Virus record (IMG/VR): IMGVR_UViG_3300031513_000002
Strand: one strand, 5' to 3'
Length of the DNA: 36,399 nt
Source of the DNA: a virus
The position numbers and the translations under genes were made by a program. The notes under the pieces were generated by a model. That model saw nothing but the letters and a program-made list of their open reading frames with translations. It was not told where the DNA came from and did no database searches. Below are positions 33,494 through 36,399 of the stretch, in pieces; the first letter of the stretch is position 1; the number at the start of each line of letters is the position of its first letter.

Positions 33494-34938
33494 TGGACAG
33501 CATCTATTTCGTCGATCGCAACGGCGTGCATGAGATCGCCGGGATGCCGCCCGGCAACGGCCAGGCCATGGTACCGCACCTGGTCACCTTCATGGGCGTC
33601 ACTGCCGGCGCGGGCCGCGTCTATCGCCCTTCGGATGAAGCACTCAAGGAATCCAGGGAGAATGCCCGCTACATGCGGGCCGACGCAGCGGTGATGGAAT
33701 GCGTCGAGCTGCGGCAGCGGGCTGTGGCCCTGCTGGACTGGCGGATCGAGGTAGAAGACCGGTCGCCGCAATACCAACAGACCCGCGCTCTGCTTACAAA
33801 AATCTGCCGCCGCATTCCCCGCTTCACCCAGTACCGCGAAACGCTTCTTCAGGCCATCTGGTTTGGGCGGTATGCTGTCGAGAACGTCTTTGCCTGGGAC
33901 TGGATCGACGGCCAGAAGCTAGTCAGCGTTTGCGGCTGGTGCCCAGTACACGGCGACAAACTAGTCTGGAAGCTGGACGCCCGCACCGGGCGGTTCCAGG
34001 AAGAGCCGGTCGGCATTCGCGTCTCTTCAGTCGGCATCACCACCCCGCACGTGCAGGCCTGGTTTGAGGAAAATCGCCAGTACATCGAGCCGACCGATTG
34101 GGGCATGGCATACTTTCCGCCCCCGGAGAAACGCGACCTGCTGGTGATCCACCGCCACCAGATCGAAGACGGTGAATGGGAGGAGCCGCGAAACGCCGGC
34201 CGTATCTTTGGGGTGGGCATCCGCTCGAAAATCTACTGGGTCTGGTACCAGAAACAGCAAGCCCTCCGCTGGCTGATGGAGTTCCTGGAACGGTCGGCCT
34301 TCGGCATCGAACTGTGGTACTACCCAGCGGGCAACCTTGAGGCCCGCGAAGAAACCTTTCGGTCTGCCACCCAGCGAGTAGGCACGGGCAAGAACGTGCT
34401 GCTGGTGCCCCGCCCGCCCGGCGGCGAAGGGATGCTCTATGGGGTCGAGCGGATCGAGCCGAGTATGTCTGGGGCCCAGGTGCTCAAGGAAATCCTCACT
34501 GAATATTTCGGCCACCAGATCAAGCGGTACATTCTGGGACAGACGCTGACGACCGAGGCCCACGCGACTGGGCTGGGTTCCAATCTGGCCAGCATCCACC
34601 TGGACACCTTCTTGCAGATCGTCCGCTATGATGCCGGCAACCTTCAGGAAACGCTCACCGAACAACTGCTGTGGCGGCTGATCCACTGGAATTGGCCCGG
34701 ACTGGACCATCGACTGTTCCGCTTCTGCATCGAGACGGACCGGCCCGATGTGGGCCAGCGGCTGGAGGCGTTGCAGCGGGCCTTCCAGATGGGCTTGAAG
34801 ATTCGCACCGCCGACCTGCGGGAACTGCTGGGCATCGACGGCCCGGCCGAGGGCGAAGAATACGTCCAAGACCCGAACTTCCGCCAACCGGCCCCCGGCC
34901 TGCTCAGTGTGGCGGACACTGCCCGGGTGCTCGGCTGA
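33493..34938 (+). CDS. Portal protein (DUF935 / Mu gp29-like)
   Basis: ARYMRADAAVMECVELRQRAVALLDWRIE and a size of 481 aa. The start overlaps the upstream stop (TGATG). Confidence 0.6.
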   Translation: MDSIYFVDRNGVHEIAGMPPGNGQAMVPHLVTFMGVTAGAGRVYRPSDEALKESRENARYMRADAAVMECVELRQRAVALLDWRIEVEDRSPQYQQTRALLTKICRRIPRFTQYRETLLQAIWFGRYAVENVFAWDWIDGQKLVSVCGWCPVHGDKLVWKLDARTGRFQEEPVGIRVSSVGITTPHVQAWFEENRQYIEPTDWGMAYFPPPEKRDLLVIHRHQIEDGEWEEPRNAGRIFGVGIRSKIYWVWYQKQQALRWLMEFLERSAFGIELWYYPAGNLEAREETFRSATQRVGTGKNVLLVPRPPGGEGMLYGVERIEPSMSGAQVLKEILTEYFGHQIKRYILGQTLTTEAHATGLGSNLASIHLDTFLQIVRYDAGNLQETLTEQLLWRLIHWNWPGLDHRLFRFCIETDRPDVGQRLEALQRAFQMGLKIRTADLRELLGIDGPAEGEEYVQDPNFRQPAPGLLSVADTARVLG

Positions 34939-35095
34939 GCTGCTTTTTTCTTCGATAATACGCAGCCTGTCGGCAAGCCGCAGAACAGTAGCGACGTCGG
35001 CTCGTGCCGCTGATTCGCTTGCCGCAATGCTGGCAGCGGCTGACGACTCGGCGGCGCCGGGCAGCCAGAATCTTCGCAGCTTGCATGATGTCCAT
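34904..35095 (-). CDS. Small basic zinc-ribbon protein
   Basis: RBS aaaggag. CQHCGKRI...RRYCSAACRQAAYYRRKK. Its 3' end overlaps the portal 3' end by 35 nt (convergent). Confidence 0.55.
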   Translation of the reverse strand: MDIMQAAKILAARRRRVVSRCQHCGKRISGTSRRRYCSAACRQAAYYRRKKQLSRAPGQCPPH

Positions 35096-35115
35096 TCGCT
35101 GCTCCTTTTTCCGCT

Positions 35116-35325
35116 TCAGTCATGAGATTCCTTCTCTAAATATCTTAATGTCGAGAGCACTAGCCCCCCCAGATAAGTCCTCATGGAGCGAGCAGTGAGG
35201 TGTCGCAATATCGCCTCGGCGCTGCGTTTGTCGATTTTCCCCAGCAGGATGCACTTGCGGTTGCCGCTGCCGTCGACAAACACAATTTGCCAGTTGCCGT
35301 GACGGTCTTTGCGCAGAGTTGCCAT
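35116..35325 (-). CDS. Stand-alone integrase arm-type (N-terminal) DNA-binding domain-like protein, 69 aa
   Basis: Strong RBS aaggaggg. MATLRKDRHGNWQIVFVDGSGNRKCILLGKIDKRSAEAIL resembles the N-terminal arm-binding domain of tyrosine integrases. No catalytic domain follows. Confidence 0.45.
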   Translation of the reverse strand: MATLRKDRHGNWQIVFVDGSGNRKCILLGKIDKRSAEAILRHLTARSMRTYLGGLVLSTLRYLEKESHD

Positions 35326-35355
35326 GTCTTTCCCTCCTTCTGTGAAAATGTTGAC

Positions 35356-36033
35356 TTACTCTTCTTCTGAATCTTCTTCTTCGCGCTCGAGCAGCCTGGC
35401 GACCAGATCGCGGACTTCGCGCTCAAGCGAGAGCAGTTGGTCGGTGGTATAGGGCACCGGGAGGTGGTAATGCGTATCGGGATTGAGCCGCCCAACCGTG
35501 ATATCGATGTCGCTCGGAGAATAAGTGGGCGGAAGCTCGTGGTCGGAAAGCCGCAGCTTGGTGCTGCCGAACTCCCAATAGCGAGAGATCGATTTATTGG
35601 AATATTGCGGCCGGCGCCGAGCAACCTCGGTGATGATGTCGGACAGAAAATCGATCGCAAGAACTTGCTGTGCTCTTTCGAGCTTCCGCTCCTGTTCTTC
35701 TTCAGTTGCGAATTGCCGGGCCTTCGTAAGAGCCTCGATCGCTTCGAGGCCGCAAATGTGTTGCGCCTCGTAAATAATCGTGTCGATTGCGTCCCGCCTG
35801 GTTCGGGAAAGCTCGTCACAAAATTCTTTCCACGCGGGCTGGGCAGGCGAATAGTCCTCTTCGAGAGTTCGCTCGACTTCGGCCTCGGCGTCGGCGTCCT
35901 CGCCGCACTCCCACCGCACCTTCTCCAGCAGCAGTTCCCGAACTAGCTCGTCATCGGCCCCGCGGGCTGCTTGCTCCCACTTGGCAACCAGCTCAAGCGC
36001 TTCAAGGCAATCACTAATCACCTGGCTCGTCAT
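35356..36033 (-). CDS. Highly acidic hypothetical protein (the ORF opens at 36054; RBS aaagggag favours the ATG at 36033)
   Basis: 225 aa, rich in Asp/Glu, ending EREEEDSEEE. No recognisable catalytic motif. Confidence 0.5.
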   Translation of the reverse strand: MTSQVISDCLEALELVAKWEQAARGADDELVRELLLEKVRWECGEDADAEAEVERTLEEDYSPAQPAWKEFCDELSRTRRDAIDTIIYEAQHICGLEAIEALTKARQFATEEEQERKLERAQQVLAIDFLSDIITEVARRRPQYSNKSISRYWEFGSTKLRLSDHELPPTYSPSDIDITVGRLNPDTHYHLPVPYTTDQLLSLEREVRDLVARLLEREEEDSEEE

Positions 36034-36070
36034 TTTGTCGCTCCCTTTCCGCATCGTTCTTTTGTTATGC

Positions 36071-36109
36071 TAGCGTTATCGTCACAGTGTTATTGTAGCG
36101 TTATCGTCA
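36071..36109. repeat. Two exact 14-nt direct repeats tagcgttatcgtca (36071-36084, 36096-36109): operator-like
   Basis: Read directly. One copy lies in the promoter spacer and the other just downstream of the -10 element. Confidence 0.6.
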
Positions 36110-36119
36110 GCCGCGTCAA
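36092..36119 (-). promoter_or_regulatory. Near-consensus sigma70-type promoter TTGACG-N16-TACAAT for the leftward operon
   Basis: The reverse complement of 36092-36119 reads ttgacgcggctgacgataacgctacaat. An A5T7 tract lies upstream at about 36133-36146. Confidence 0.5.
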
Positions 36120-36340
36120 GAGGGATTCACGCGATTTCCAGAAAAATTTTTTTCGGGCCAACGGCTTCAGCGAGCGGCTCGGCGCGCCAAGTGCGCGAAG
36201 GAAAAGGTCCTAACCCGGCGCTGTGGGTACTGACTGGCAAGCCGCCGGAGGCCGTAAACCCCCCCGCCGCCGCCGCCGGTGTCCCTTCTTTCGACCCACC
36301 GGCTGGTATCATGGCAGCAAGTATCGCTTGCTTGCTGCTG

Positions 36341-36399
36341 ACAGGAAGGTTTTCTCTATGCTCGGACGGTTATGGCGTCGCTGGCGGCTCCGCCGCAGC
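36341..36399. repeat. Terminal direct repeat, copy 2
   Basis: Exact 59-nt match to 1-59. It contains the RBS and first codons of the ORF that starts at 18. Confidence 0.95.

Overview
The first 59 nt (1-59) recur exactly at 36341-36399, so this window is a closed circular replicon of 36,340 bp. By gene content it is the complete genome of a temperate tailed phage (siphovirus-like) from a GC-rich host. Almost all genes are on the + strand. The layout is as follows. (a) 18-7464: tail assembly chaperone with an A9 slippery site, tape measure, three large tail or receptor-binding proteins, and a fibre with very long poly-serine tracts. (b) 7464-11081: an accessory sugar module comprising a small Cys-rich protein, a GT9 heptosyltransferase-like protein, a possible second glycosyltransferase and bifunctional HldE for ADP-heptose synthesis. 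(c) 11163-13723: an attP-like tRNA 3' fragment, excisionase-like HTH, tyrosine integrase, one leftward gene and an XRE regulator. (d) 13889-23291: early, replication and recombination genes, including a split ParB-like domain, an MT-A70 methyltransferase, a DnaQ-like exonuclease, an SMC-like ATPase, a duplicated small-gene cassette, a replisome-organizer-like protein with internal ori-like repeats, and RusA. (e) 23345-26530: an HTH/zinc-ribbon regulator and a lysis-like cassette built around a papain-family (C1) cysteine peptidase. (f) 26547-34938: terminase small and large subunits, KTSC protein, scaffold-like protein, DUF2190-like protein, major capsid, DUF1320-like adaptor, tube-like protein and a DUF935-like portal. 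(g) 34904-36119: a leftward three-gene insert driven by a near-consensus promoter with two operator-like repeats. The most unusual feature is the heptose-nucleotide and heptosyltransferase module, which sits between a mucin-like poly-Ser fibre and attP. All functional calls come from motif recognition by eye; no database search was possible.
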